Below, piece after piece: positions 36,933 through 47,845 of a stretch of DNA of 64,000 bases; the first letter of the stretch is position 1, and each line of letters opens with the position of its first letter. Where the stretch lies: positions 89,456-153,455 of the IMG/VR virus record IMGVR_UViG_3300049434_000014; one strand, 5' to 3'. The DNA is from a virus. The notes below the pieces were generated by a model, which was not told the DNA's origin, searched no databases, and was given only the letters and a program-made list of their open reading frames with translations. The position numbers and the translations under genes are program-made.

Positions 36933-37610
36933 GTGAATCAGACAGTAATGCCCCCTACTGTTGTGTCCTTTCCAGATGTGATCAGTTCCGAGACTGATCG
37001 TCTCGATCCCGTTCCTGAGTTCGCCACTTTGGAGTCAGGGACTCGGGTGCGTGTCTTGTCTTTGAAGATGCGTCAGTTGTTTCGACTGCTGCGAATTGTG
37101 ACACGAGGTGGTGCGCAGTATCTGCCGTTGCTTCGCGATGCGCTACTGACGTCAGATGAGAATTCAGCCGAGGCTTTCGGTACTCAGCTGTTAGCTATTG
37201 CGTTGATCGCATTGCCTGAAGCTGAAGACGAGGCTGTGCAGTTTGTGCAGTCTGTTGTCGAGCCTGCTGATCTGCACATTCGTAATGACAAGCAGAGTCG
37301 TGAGCTTAACGAGCAGCTTCGCATTGCTCTCGATGCTGAGCTGGACAATCCTGATCTCAACGATTTGGTCACCATTCTCGAGACTGTGATTAATCGTGAG
37401 AAGGATGATTTGGTCGCTTTGGGGAAACGCCTAGGGGCGATGTTCAATCTCGCCCTCAAGACCGGCCAGGTTCCCGACGTTCCGACCCCCCAGGGATCTT
37501 CCGAGCAGACCCCACCGTCGCAGGAGCATTCGCCCGTTCCTGCGATCTCATCTCCTCAGAGTACGGGTGGACTGACGACATCGTCCTCGACCTCACCGTC
37601 TGCCGGGTAA
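36933..37610 (+). CDS. Tail assembly chaperone (G)
   Basis: Synteny; slippery GGGGAAAC at 37421-37428. Confidence 0.8.
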   Translation: MNQTVMPPTVVSFPDVISSETDRLDPVPEFATLESGTRVRVLSLKMRQLFRLLRIVTRGGAQYLPLLRDALLTSDENSAEAFGTQLLAIALIALPEAEDEAVQFVQSVVEPADLHIRNDKQSRELNEQLRIALDAELDNPDLNDLVTILETVINREKDDLVALGKRLGAMFNLALKTGQVPDVPTPQGSSEQTPPSQEHSPVPAISSPQSTGGLTTSSSTSPSAG

Positions 37611-37900
37611 GGCAGGTGGTTGAGGTCATTCGCGAGCGCGTTTCTTTATTTGATGCTCGGTCACGTGCTTATGTCGAATGGCAGACTAAGGTCCTAGCAG
37701 GATTCATTGCGTCTACTGCTCAGACTGAGGATGGCGCACGGAAATTGCACAAGGCAGCGGAGGGGCTGTCTATGTTGCCTTCTGATGATACTGCACCTGT
37801 TGAAGATCCATCTAAGCCCGCAGGTCCAATACCGGCTGAGGCTCGGGTTGGTTCCTTCGAGAAGTTGAGCGGATTTTTCGGAGGCGCGCTGGCGCACTAG
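37424..37900 (+). CDS. Tail assembly chaperone -1 frameshift extension (GT)
   Basis: The -1 frame is open from the slip site to 37900 and encodes SEYGWTDDIVLDLTVCRVRQ. Confidence 0.75.
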   Translation, partial: ETPRGDVQSRPQDRPGSRRSDPPGIFRADPTVAGAFARSCDLISSEYGWTDDIVLDLTVCRVRQVVEVIRERVSLFDARSRAYVEWQTKVLAGFIASTAQTEDGARKLHKAAEGLSMLPSDDTAPVEDPSKPAGPIPAEARVGSFEKLSGFFGGALAH

Positions 37901-37946
37901 TGATTGACGTGAATGTGTGCTCAGCGTACGAAGTGGGGTGAATTAG

Positions 37947-40900
37947 GTGCCGTCGTCTACAGCGGTGTTCCGTGCGGTTGCCGATTTCGCTTCATTGAAT
38001 CGGGAGCTTCGCAAGACTCGTGTTGAGATGGAGTTGCTCAAACGCGAGTCTGCGGATGGGTCTTCATTTAAGGCTTTCGATTCGGCTTTGAACAAGACGG
38101 CTGCAGCTCAGACGAAGCTTCAGACTAATACGAAGAACCTCACAAAAGAACGTAAGGCTCTCGCGACTGCCGAGAGGTCACTTACAGGATCTATTGACAA
38201 GACTTCACGGTCTCAAAAGGATGCTGGGACTTCTGCGAAGTCTTATGAGAAGTCTGCTAGTTCTGCTGAGAATGCTATTCGTAAGCTGCATGAGACGCAG
38301 CAGAAAGCTCGGCAGTCTACTGACTCACTGACGACTGCGAGAGGTAAAGCGGGCGCGGCTGCTAGTGATGCAGCATCTCATCTTTCCGCACTCTCCAAGG
38401 CTGAGTCTGATGCTGTTGATTCTGCCAAACGACATACGACTGCTCTTAAAGATGAGAAGACTGCTGCTCAGTCGAAGTTGGGAATCCTGCAGAAGCTGGC
38501 TTCCGGGTTAGCCAGTCTTGCGGATAACGAGAATGCAGCTTCCGGTGGAGCAGACAATCATTCGGCTGCACTTGGGCGTGAGACTTCTGCTCTCGGTGGA
38601 GCTACGGCGGCTCATCGAACGCATGCCGACAGTATTGACCGTACTGGTAAATCTTCCGATGATGCTTCTAGGTCGAGTGATCGGTTCGGCGATTCAGTAA
38701 GACGGACAGGTTCGTCGTCTAATTCGTCACGAAGTGGTATTGACTCGCTCGAGAATTCACTTCGTAAGTATTCTAGTAGCGCTGATAGTTCTAGTAACCA
38801 CAGCGTACGACTTCGAGCGATGCTTATCGGGTTGGCGATCCCTGCCATCCCAGCAGCTGTCTCGCTTCTAGTTGGCGCCATCGTGTCTCTGGGTGGCGCG
38901 CTGGTCGGTGTTATTGGGGCAGCGGCGCCCGCAGCTGGGGCCATCGCTGCGCTCGTGCCTGCTGCCGCTGCAGCGGCAGCTGCGGTTGGCACGGTGATGT
39001 TGGCCTTCCGTGGAGTAAAGACTGCATTAAAGGAGATGACGCAGGCTCAGACCACGGCGGCTACGGATGCTGCTAATGCGGCTGAGCAGGAAAAGCAGAA
39101 TGCTGCCGCTCGAGCTGCTGCTTTGAGGCGGGTGGCTGATGCACAATATGCTCTAAAGCAGGCTCAGCAGTCGCAGGCTGATACGGCTATTTCGAATGAT
39201 CGTTCTATTGCGGCTGCTGAGAGAGATCTCATTAAGTCGCAGGACGATGTTCGTCGTTCTCTTGAACAGCTAGATGCAGAACGTAAGCAAGCTGTTCAGG
39301 ATTTAGTTGATATTAAGAATGCTTCGATTGATGCGACGTTGTCTGAAGAGGCAGCGCAGATTGCATTGATTGAAGCACAGCAGGCGCAGGTCAAGGTTAA
39401 TGCTGATCGACGTTCTACGGATCTCGATCGACGTAAGGCTGCTCTGGCTGTCGCGGAAGCACAGCAGCGGTTGTCTGAAGCTCAGACTCAGACAACTCGG
39501 ACTGCCGCTGATTTGAATACGGCTAATCAACAGGGTGTTGAGGGAGCACCTAGAGTTGTTGCGGCTAAGCAGGCTGTTGCTGATGCTAACGAGAAGCAGG
39601 GTCTTTCAGAGCAGAATCTTTCTGACGTAAAGAGGCAGTCGGCTGAGCAGCAGGCTGCTGCTGACGATGCGGTTGTTAAGGCTAATCGCAATCTACAGGA
39701 TGCGCTGGCTGCGACCACTGATGCTGTGCAGAAGCAGACTACAGCACAGACTAAGTTGCAGACGACTCTAGCGAATATGTCGCCAGCCGGACGTGCTTTT
39801 GTTCAGTATTTGATGTCGTTGCAGCCATTAATTAATTCGTTGTCGCAGGCTGCTCAGACGGCGTTGTTCCCAGGGTTGCAGAAGGCTCTGGAGATCATCA
39901 TGCCGATGATCAATACAGTAGCCATACCAACGGTTAATGCATTCGGCGCTGTGTTGAGTGATCTCGCCATTCGTGGTGGCACCGAGATCAAAGGTTTTGA
40001 GGGGGACTTAGTAAGTTTCGGAACGGGCGATGGTCCGAAACTGATGGACAAGTTTGGCACGGTGTTGCTGAACTTGATGAGTGCTCTCGAGAATATCATG
40101 ATGGCGGCATTGCCGTTTACACAATGGCTTGCCGACTGTGCTGTTAAGTTCTCGGAGTACATCAAGAACACGACTGAGGCTGCTCGCGAGTCTGGACGTT
40201 TGGCTGACTTCTTTGATCACGTCAAGGAAGTGTTGAAGGTTCTTGGTGGCATCCTGTTTAATATCGGGGGCATTTTGCACCAAGTGTTCCAGGGTGCTGC
40301 TCCTATGGGCATGCGTTTGCTAAAGACTTTCCAGGATGTTACTGGCGCCACAAATGAGTGGATGCATTCAGCTGAGGGTATTGCAACCATCAAGAAGTAC
40401 TTTGATGACATGGAACCTTCGATTCGTATTCTTTTTCACTGGGTCGATCTTCTTGCGCGAGCAATGCTTAATATCGGCGGATCAGCTACATACTTCAATC
40501 TTCTTAAGCAGATCAATGATGAATTAATACCTGCCTTCCAGCGTTTGTTTAAGGCTATTGGAGATGTAGCCGGACCGTTGGGAGGGAACTTCATTGATAC
40601 CCTCTCAAACATTGCAGACATGCTTGCCAAGCTAATCGATGCTGGCGGTGGGGGCCTCTCTGCGTTCGTCTTCGTTCTCGATGCCTTGTCAAAGGTTTTG
40701 AAGTTCATTCTCGACATTCCGGGTATGGCTCAGCTCGGGTCGATCTTGCTGGCCATCGCGGGTGGGCTGACAGCTATCAAGCTGGTAGGCAAGATCCCTG
40801 GTGTTGGAGCTATCGGGCGCGGACTTAATACTCTCGCTGGTAGCGCTATAGCTGCAGGTACTGGGGAGACGATAGCTAAGGGCTCTCCCTCGACCTTTAC

Positions 40901-43565
40901 GAAGGGTGTAGCTGCAGGTTTGAGTGGTCCTGGCGCTGCGCCTGCTAAGACGCTGACCGCTCGAGCTGGCTCCGTAGCGGGCTCGGCTGCACGTTCGTTG
41001 GCTGCTGTGACACCGGGTATTTCACGATTTATTAAGCCTGCAGAGGTGGTTGCTGCTCCTGTTGAGACTTTGCGTCCTGCGTTGCCTGTGCAGGATCCTC
41101 TGACGAAGGCTACGACTGGGCCGGTTCCTTACCCTGCTGGCTCGCCACGTACGTCTTCTACGGCTCCTATTACGGTTGAGTCTAAGGGTCCTGTCACGGT
41201 CGAGGCTAAGGGTCCGTCAAAGCTCGCTTCAGCGGCTGGTGCGGTTGGTCGGGGCGCCAAGATTGTGGGCGGTATCGGCGCGTCGATCGCGGGTTCGATC
41301 GGTGGTGGGATGGCTGGTGAGGCCATCGGTACCAAGATCGGCGGTGAGACCGGTGGGATGGTCGGGTCGCTGGCTGGCTCGGTGGCCGGTGCGTTTGCTC
41401 CCAACATCATTACTGCGGGCCTGGAGAAGATCGGTCCGCTCGCAGCGGGCGCGAAGGCTGCGCTGGGTAGCGTCATGGAGGGCTTTGGCAAGGCAGCGGG
41501 GGCTGCGGGTCAGGTTGCTGTGTCAGTGGCTAGCGCGGCTGCGAGCTTCATTAAGTTGGGCATTGAGACTTTGGCTGCTAATGCCAAGCAGCTGCTGTTC
41601 GCAGCGGGTTCTGCAATTGTTCGAGGTGCGGTACTTGCTTGGGCTGCAGTGCAGTGGGTGTTGAATGCAGCTCTAGATGCAAACCCAATTGGTCTTATTG
41701 TTATTGCGATTGCTGCATTGGTTGCAGCTTTCATTTACGCTTGGACACACTCTGAGAAGTTCCGTGAGATTGTCACTGGTGCTTTGCAGGCTGTGGGCGA
41801 CTTCTTTACATGGGTATGGACTACGCTGCTCAAGCCTGTCTTTGATATGTTCATGGAGGGCTTGCACCAAATTGGTGACGCTGCGATGTGGTTGTGGAAC
41901 AATGCAATTAAACCATCCATGGATGGTATTGGAGCTGCAGTTGGTTGGGTATGGAATAACATAGTCAAGCCTATTGTTGACGAGTACATTTTAGGGTTGC
42001 ACCAAATTGGTGACGCAGCGATGTGGTTGTGGAATAACATTATTGTTCCTGCCTGGAATGGCATAGGCGCACTGATTTCAGGTGTTTACAATAACGTCAT
42101 CAAGCCTATTTTCGATGCGTTTATGTATGTTGTACATCTTCTCGTAGATTCATTCAATATTGGCATTGAGGCCATTAAGGTTGCTTGGAATAGACTGGGG
42201 GATATCGCAAAGGCACCAGTTAACTTCGTCATTGATTTTGTGTACAACCGTGGTATCGTCCCGATGTGGAACGGGCTAGCTGGGTTGTTCGGACTAGGCA
42301 AGCTTGCGCCTGCTGCGTTGCTGGCCGAGGGTGGTGTGCTCCCTGGCTACGCGCCTGGTCGAGACACCGTTCCTGCAGTGCTGTCGCCAGGTGAAGGTGT
42401 TCTAGTTCCTGAGGCTGTGCGTGGACTTGGACCTGACTTTGTTTACAAGGCGAACGAGCACTTCTCTCGAGGACGCGCTCGCGCAGACAGTTCTAATCGT
42501 TTCGCTGGCGGCGGTATTGTTGGAGACATCGGTGGTGCCATAGCTGGGATGGTCACCGACCCGGTCGGTTCTATCAAGAGACTGTTTAGCGGTGTGTTGG
42601 GATCCGTCGTCCCAGGCTCAGGTGAGCTTCGCGAGGCAATGGTTCGGATCCCGATTAAGGTTGTCGACGCGATTGTTACGAAGGCTCAGGAATACGCATC
42701 TCGCATGATGGCTGCCGTTGGTTTCGGTAGCAGCGGTGGCTCCGTTGAGGGTGGAGGCACGGCAGGCACGGAGCGGTGGCGCGCGGTGGCGTTGCAGGCG
42801 CTCGGCATTGCTGGCCAGGATGCGGGCAACGTTGGTCGGTTGCTTATGCAGATGGGCACGGAGTCGGGCGGTAATCCTACAGCTATTAACCGACAGGATA
42901 TTAACTGGCAGAAGGGCACTCCGTCTGTCGGTCTAATGCAGGTCATCGGACCAACGTACGCGCGCTATCACAATGCAGGATATAATGCTGGACCGTTTGA
43001 GTATGGTGTGTCTGAGGATCCACTATCCAACATTCTTTCTAGTATTAACTATACGGTAGCTAATTATGGATCGCTAGCTCGTGGTTGGCAGGGCCACGGG
43101 TACGCCAAGGGCGGGATCGTCGCTGATGCATTCGGACGTATCCCGGCACAGCTTTCACGTAAGCGCAACGTTGCGTTGGGCAGTTCTCCCTCCCTAGGTA
43201 CCGGGCGAGCGGATAGCGTTCCGGCAATGCTGACGCCGGGCGAGTTCGTTATCAATCGCAAAGCAGCAGCCGTCCTTGGTCCGGACATGCTCGAGAAGCT
43301 CAATGCGGCGGATCTGTTCGCTCCGATTGGAATGCCTGCGATTCCGCACTTCGCGATGGGTGGGCATGTGCGCGCGGCGTTTGATTCAGCGCTCGCTAGT
43401 CGAGGTGGACCTACGTATAACCAGTCAGTGACGAATGCTGGAGATACCACTAATCGCCCAGTTGTTATTAATACTAACGTGTACAACCCGACTGCCGAAC
43501 CTGCAAGTGACTCGGTTGCTAGTCGTATGCGTACGTTGTCTTTGCTGGGGGCGTTCTCGTCGTGA
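37947..43565 (+). CDS. Tape measure protein with C-terminal lytic transglycosylase domain
   Basis: 1872 aa Ala-rich helical; ANPIGL, Trp-periodic repeats; ESGGNP..GLMQVI SLT motif. Confidence 0.93.
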   Translation: MPSSTAVFRAVADFASLNRELRKTRVEMELLKRESADGSSFKAFDSALNKTAAAQTKLQTNTKNLTKERKALATAERSLTGSIDKTSRSQKDAGTSAKSYEKSASSAENAIRKLHETQQKARQSTDSLTTARGKAGAAASDAASHLSALSKAESDAVDSAKRHTTALKDEKTAAQSKLGILQKLASGLASLADNENAASGGADNHSAALGRETSALGGATAAHRTHADSIDRTGKSSDDASRSSDRFGDSVRRTGSSSNSSRSGIDSLENSLRKYSSSADSSSNHSVRLRAMLIGLAIPAIPAAVSLLVGAIVSLGGALVGVIGAAAPAAGAIAALVPAAAAAAAAVGTVMLAFRGVKTALKEMTQAQTTAATDAANAAEQEKQNAAARAAALRRVADAQYALKQAQQSQADTAISNDRSIAAAERDLIKSQDDVRRSLEQLDAERKQAVQDLVDIKNASIDATLSEEAAQIALIEAQQAQVKVNADRRSTDLDRRKAALAVAEAQQRLSEAQTQTTRTAADLNTANQQGVEGAPRVVAAKQAVADANEKQGLSEQNLSDVKRQSAEQQAAADDAVVKANRNLQDALAATTDAVQKQTTAQTKLQTTLANMSPAGRAFVQYLMSLQPLINSLSQAAQTALFPGLQKALEIIMPMINTVAIPTVNAFGAVLSDLAIRGGTEIKGFEGDLVSFGTGDGPKLMDKFGTVLLNLMSALENIMMAALPFTQWLADCAVKFSEYIKNTTEAARESGRLADFFDHVKEVLKVLGGILFNIGGILHQVFQGAAPMGMRLLKTFQDVTGATNEWMHSAEGIATIKKYFDDMEPSIRILFHWVDLLARAMLNIGGSATYFNLLKQINDELIPAFQRLFKAIGDVAGPLGGNFIDTLSNIADMLAKLIDAGGGGLSAFVFVLDALSKVLKFILDIPGMAQLGSILLAIAGGLTAIKLVGKIPGVGAIGRGLNTLAGSAIAAGTGETIAKGSPSTFTKGVAAGLSGPGAAPAKTLTARAGSVAGSAARSLAAVTPGISRFIKPAEVVAAPVETLRPALPVQDPLTKATTGPVPYPAGSPRTSSTAPITVESKGPVTVEAKGPSKLASAAGAVGRGAKIVGGIGASIAGSIGGGMAGEAIGTKIGGETGGMVGSLAGSVAGAFAPNIITAGLEKIGPLAAGAKAALGSVMEGFGKAAGAAGQVAVSVASAAASFIKLGIETLAANAKQLLFAAGSAIVRGAVLAWAAVQWVLNAALDANPIGLIVIAIAALVAAFIYAWTHSEKFREIVTGALQAVGDFFTWVWTTLLKPVFDMFMEGLHQIGDAAMWLWNNAIKPSMDGIGAAVGWVWNNIVKPIVDEYILGLHQIGDAAMWLWNNIIVPAWNGIGALISGVYNNVIKPIFDAFMYVVHLLVDSFNIGIEAIKVAWNRLGDIAKAPVNFVIDFVYNRGIVPMWNGLAGLFGLGKLAPAALLAEGGVLPGYAPGRDTVPAVLSPGEGVLVPEAVRGLGPDFVYKANEHFSRGRARADSSNRFAGGGIVGDIGGAIAGMVTDPVGSIKRLFSGVLGSVVPGSGELREAMVRIPIKVVDAIVTKAQEYASRMMAAVGFGSSGGSVEGGGTAGTERWRAVALQALGIAGQDAGNVGRLLMQMGTESGGNPTAINRQDINWQKGTPSVGLMQVIGPTYARYHNAGYNAGPFEYGVSEDPLSNILSSINYTVANYGSLARGWQGHGYAKGGIVADAFGRIPAQLSRKRNVALGSSPSLGTGRADSVPAMLTPGEFVINRKAAAVLGPDMLEKLNAADLFAPIGMPAIPHFAMGGHVRAAFDSALASRGGPTYNQSVTNAGDTTNRPVVINTNVYNPTAEPASDSVASRMRTLSLLGAFSS

Positions 43566-44374
43566 CTCTTTATGCGAATGGCATAAATCTTTCTACTCTC
43601 GCGTTCAATATCTCAACGCTAGAGGGTCGTTGGACTACTCCGCAGCGTAGAGGTAAAGACATAGATGTTCCAGGTAGACATGGTACGGTGCGTACTCCTG
43701 GGAAGAAGTTCACTGCGGGTTCGGTCGTTCTCCCTATGTGGGTAGTGGGAGCTAATGAAGACGGAAGTATCCCGCACAATGCTTCTAGTCAAGAAGTTGT
43801 GCATGATAATATTGATCGTTTGACACGGTTGTTTAGTTCGGACACTGTGAAGTTGGTTCATGTCTTGCCTGATGGATCTGCTCGTCAGATTGTCGGCCAG
43901 GTAATGGACGCGATCGACTTCAGTGCGATGGCTGGCGCCACTCGAGCGGAGTTCGGTGTCACGCTAACTACTGCCGGTGCTTTTTGGGAAGATGTCGATG
44001 CTGTCGTTGCTACGCGCACGGGGACTGGTGCGTGGGATGTCCTTCCTTTTTCTGGTGCGACAGCTCCTATGGGCGACCTCGTCGTGAAATTCACGGGTCC
44101 GGCTACGAACCCTAGAGTTACTAGTCCGTCTGGAGTTTATGTTGCTTATAACGCAATTCTAACTGGATCTCAGACAGTTAGCGTTGATTCTTCTGCCTGG
44201 AGTCTTTCCGGTACTGGGATTACTCCTTCGTATAGCGCACTCGATCACGGTGGTGATCCTCGTTGGTTCGTAATGGATCCAGGCGATCCAGTTCCGAAAG
44301 TGACGGCATCGCAAACAGCGGGTTCTACGGGTGTGTTTTCCCTATCTGGCCGACGAAAGTACATGGTGGGATGA
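43562..44374 (+). CDS. Distal tail protein (Dit)
   Basis: Follows TMP; VPGRHG, GPATNP. Confidence 0.75.
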   Translation: MTLYANGINLSTLAFNISTLEGRWTTPQRRGKDIDVPGRHGTVRTPGKKFTAGSVVLPMWVVGANEDGSIPHNASSQEVVHDNIDRLTRLFSSDTVKLVHVLPDGSARQIVGQVMDAIDFSAMAGATRAEFGVTLTTAGAFWEDVDAVVATRTGTGAWDVLPFSGATAPMGDLVVKFTGPATNPRVTSPSGVYVAYNAILTGSQTVSVDSSAWSLSGTGITPSYSALDHGGDPRWFVMDPGDPVPKVTASQTAGSTGVFSLSGRRKYMVG

Positions 44375-44577
44375 AAACTTTTATTTTGTATAGAGATAAA
44401 GACGTTTCCGGCGTCAGTGGCACTGGTGCGGTGGCTGAAGGTGTGCAGTTCAGCGATGGTGTTGTGGTGTTGCGCTGGCGTGGAACGAACGCATCTACGG
44501 TGGTGTGGGCATCTATAGATGACGCCTTAGCTATTCACGGCCACGATGGCTTGACGAGAGTGGTGTGGGATAGCTAG
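44371..44577 (+). CDS. Small conserved actinophage protein
   Basis: F.LYR..DVSGVSGTG.VAEGVQFSDG..HGH. Confidence 0.65.
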   Translation: MKTFILYRDKDVSGVSGTGAVAEGVQFSDGVVVLRWRGTNASTVVWASIDDALAIHGHDGLTRVVWDS

Positions 44578-47500
44578 TGCTAGTTGAATTCTGGGCGCTC
44601 AATACAGACGGGACACTTCGCTGTCCTTTGCCTGATGTTGAGACTTGGGGAATCTCACCCATCATTAATGATGCTGGTGCGATCACTCTTACGTATCCAG
44701 TTAGTGGTGTGAACTGGTCAGTTCTTAATGAAACTATTACGGCTGATCGTGATTTGATTGTACAGATTCGTTTTGATGGGGTAGTTCAGTCTGAGCTTCA
44801 AGCTACGTTGTCCGAGTCGTCTGGCGATGATGTAGCTGAAGGATCTATTTGGACGTATACGGGCACGCTTGCATTGGGTAGGCTTGACGAGGCTGTGGTG
44901 AAGCCTCAGGGTGGGATGGCTCCTCAAGGCGATGATACCGCCAGTATTAGCGCTAATGAGGCTCTGTACTATTCCTGCACTGCTGGTACGATTTTCTCTA
45001 CTCTCATGGTGGAGGCACAGTCTCGAGGTGCTCTTACGGATGTTACGTATGGATCGTTTACTGGTACACATGATTCGAATGGTGTTGCGTGGACTCAGGT
45101 AATCACTTTGAAGTTCACGCCAGGCATTAGTTTATTGAAGTGTTTGCAGTCTCTAGTTGAGGCTGGCATGGTCGAGGGGCATATGGTCGGTAAGGACCTA
45201 CGTCTCTACGAGCCTCCGTGGGGGGTGGATAAGACCCTCTCCAGTCCTCCTGTGGTGTTTCGGGAAGGCCAGAGCCTGCTGGACTCCCCTCGTAAGCACA
45301 CGGTGCGCAACACGGCCACGGCGGTGCTAATCGCGGGCGCGGAGGGAACGTATAAGTGGGCGGAAGACGCTGCCGCGTTGACGCGTCGTGGCCGTCGTAT
45401 TGAGATCGGCGTTTCGCAAGGACAGATTTCAGACGATGCTACGGTTACTGCTTACGCTCAGTTCTATCTGACGAATGTTGTACCTGGACGAATGGAGAAG
45501 ACTCACGGCTTATCTCTCACTGAAGGCCCTATCCCTATTCGTGATTTCAATGTTGGTGACTGGGTGTGGTCGGATCTCGGGTCGGCTCTGGAGCGTTTGC
45601 GTGTAGCGCAGTGGACGCTGTCTATGGATGTAGACGGAACCTTAACGGGAACTGTTGTTCTTAATGACTTGATTGCTGATCGTGAGTCAGCACTGGCCCG
45701 TAGGCTGCAGGGTATCGAGGGCGGAACTACAATCACGGGTACGAGTAATGCTCGTACGATTCCGGATCATCTGGTGGACGGTGTGTCGCCCGGTACGCCG
45801 GGTGGTTTGACTGCATCGTCGGTGGCTTACACTACCGATCAGAATGTGACTCTCGCTGCTGTGCATGTGGAGTGGAATCCTGTTCTGCTTAACGCTAATG
45901 GCACAGCAATGACTGATCTTGGTGTTTACACCACGTATTGGCGTTATACTAACCCGGCGATGCACACTGGATCTTCGATCCTTTCGTGGACGTTGGCTGG
46001 AAGTTCGGCGGATACGTTCGCTAACTTCTCCGCTGTCCGTCCGGGTCAGGTCATTGAGATTCGGGTCGGTGCAACGGATACGGTCGGTAACTTCAGCGGT
46101 TGGTCGACCACCATCACGCATACCACCGCTTCAGATACGTCTGCTCCTCCTGTTCCGTCTTCTCCGTTGTTGACAGCTTTGATCGGTGCTCTCCGAGTTG
46201 AGTGGAATGGGTTAGGACAATTCGGGGAGGCGATGCCTTCAGACTTCCGTTTTGTGGAAGTCCACGTTAGTACGGTAAGTGGTTTCACACCTACGTCTGC
46301 TACGCTTTATGATACGATTGGAAGCGCGGCAGCGCTTGGTTATACTAAGGGTGCTTACGGAGTTACGCAGTTCGTTAAGTTTGTTGGAGTAGATACTAGT
46401 GGGAACCGTTCATCTGCCTCTGCGCAGTCGTCGGCTACTCCCCGTCAGATTCAGACTCCTGACTATGCAGCGTTGTCTATCGGTAGCGCGCAGATTAGCG
46501 ATCTAGATGTCGGTCGAGTCACAAGCGGTACGCTCTCAGCTACGGTAACTCTTTCAGGACAGATAGCGACAGCTGCGTCTGGCGCTCGGTTTGGGATGAA
46601 CAGCTCGGAGTTCTTTGCCTTCAACGGCGCGGGAACGAAGACTGTAAGTATTACCAATGCTGGTGCTGTCTCTGTGTTGGGTGAGATTAAGACAGCTATT
46701 ACCGGCGCTCGGATAGTTATCAATCCTGGCGGCATTGCGCCTACCGAGATGCGACTCTATCCTGCCAGTAGTGCATTAGGTAAATATGTTTCATTGTTCT
46801 CATCTGATGCCACAGGTTATCCAGGATATTCACTTACTTACCTTAAGGGTGACCGCTACGCCGGGTTGGGCGGCGAGGCTGTCCTTCGCATGTGGTGGTA
46901 TGAGGCTGCGTTTGGATGGTTCGACTCGACAGCGGATGTGCTCTCGTCTACTGAATCGGCGGTCTATGCCCGACAGTATTCAGCTGGGATGAATGGTTCC
47001 AGACTGTTGTTTGTTGCTCACGGGTTACGGGATGTCCCTTATCACGAGTTTGCGTTTACTACTGACGCTTCAACAATTTCTGTCGGTATGGGACGAATGA
47101 AGAAGGACTCCCTGGATGCTTTGATCTTTGGATGCCCTGCAAAGGGTAGTGCCTTCGCTTTCCAGAATAACTGGATCTATGCTGTTGCCGAAGGTGATAC
47201 TTCTCTCCATGTTGGATTTACAGCTAACACTGTGACTCAGGATTCTGGTGTTGCTGTGAAGACAAACATCAGAGAGATTCCTCATGATGTTTTGTCTGTT
47301 TTAGACAATGCTCCTGCTAAGCAGTGGGAGTATATTCGTGATCATAAGAAGCGACCACGGCCTGATCCTATGCGTCATCGTAGACAGAATCTAAAGGAAG
47401 GAGAGGATCCTGACGAGATCATCCAGGTCGTGCTAGAGCCGTATCCGCTTTCGGTGCAGCATCACTTCGGTCCCATGGCTGAGGATCTTCCTGAGGGTGT

Positions 47501-47651
47501 TCGGGTCTACACGCCCGCTGCTCCCGACAAGCCACACATTGATCATGGTTCTATGATGGGTTTGCAGTGGGAGATCCTCCGTAAGTTGTATGGGTTGATT
47601 AAGGCTCAGGACATTGTAATTCGACAGTTGAAAGCTAAGGCGGGTTTGTGA
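44577..47651 (+). CDS. Tail tip / minor tail protein with FN3-like domains and probable C-terminal chaperone
   Basis: 1024 aa; DFNVGDWV, FN3-like repeats, KTNIR..FGPMAED (S74-like). Confidence 0.8.
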   Translation: MLVEFWALNTDGTLRCPLPDVETWGISPIINDAGAITLTYPVSGVNWSVLNETITADRDLIVQIRFDGVVQSELQATLSESSGDDVAEGSIWTYTGTLALGRLDEAVVKPQGGMAPQGDDTASISANEALYYSCTAGTIFSTLMVEAQSRGALTDVTYGSFTGTHDSNGVAWTQVITLKFTPGISLLKCLQSLVEAGMVEGHMVGKDLRLYEPPWGVDKTLSSPPVVFREGQSLLDSPRKHTVRNTATAVLIAGAEGTYKWAEDAAALTRRGRRIEIGVSQGQISDDATVTAYAQFYLTNVVPGRMEKTHGLSLTEGPIPIRDFNVGDWVWSDLGSALERLRVAQWTLSMDVDGTLTGTVVLNDLIADRESALARRLQGIEGGTTITGTSNARTIPDHLVDGVSPGTPGGLTASSVAYTTDQNVTLAAVHVEWNPVLLNANGTAMTDLGVYTTYWRYTNPAMHTGSSILSWTLAGSSADTFANFSAVRPGQVIEIRVGATDTVGNFSGWSTTITHTTASDTSAPPVPSSPLLTALIGALRVEWNGLGQFGEAMPSDFRFVEVHVSTVSGFTPTSATLYDTIGSAAALGYTKGAYGVTQFVKFVGVDTSGNRSSASAQSSATPRQIQTPDYAALSIGSAQISDLDVGRVTSGTLSATVTLSGQIATAASGARFGMNSSEFFAFNGAGTKTVSITNAGAVSVLGEIKTAITGARIVINPGGIAPTEMRLYPASSALGKYVSLFSSDATGYPGYSLTYLKGDRYAGLGGEAVLRMWWYEAAFGWFDSTADVLSSTESAVYARQYSAGMNGSRLLFVAHGLRDVPYHEFAFTTDASTISVGMGRMKKDSLDALIFGCPAKGSAFAFQNNWIYAVAEGDTSLHVGFTANTVTQDSGVAVKTNIREIPHDVLSVLDNAPAKQWEYIRDHKKRPRPDPMRHRRQNLKEGEDPDEIIQVVLEPYPLSVQHHFGPMAEDLPEGVRVYTPAAPDKPHIDHGSMMGLQWEILRKLYGLIKAQDIVIRQLKAKAGL

Positions 47652-47845
47652 CAGTTCCAGCTGAGAAGGTTTCCGTTGATGTCGCTGAAGTAATGAAGCA
47701 TCTTGAGCAGATGCTTTTGATACATATTCGTGAGATTGCTGTTTGTCGGGCTCGTATCGATCAGCTTGAGTCTGAGAATGAAGAGTTGCAGAGACAAGTA
47801 CGTGTTAGTGAAGCTTCAAAGGTTGTAGACCTTAAGTCTTCGTAG
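47648..47845 (+). CDS. Small coiled-coil protein
   Basis: GTGA coupling after tail tip. Confidence 0.55.
   Translation: MTVPAEKVSVDVAEVMKHLEQMLLIHIREIAVCRARIDQLESENEELQRQVRVSEASKVVDLKSS

Noticed and set aside
41860-42040. ~45-nt direct repeat spaced 132 nt apart in the tape measure gene
   Set aside because: Ordinary TMP protein repeat (LHQIGDAAMWLWNN).
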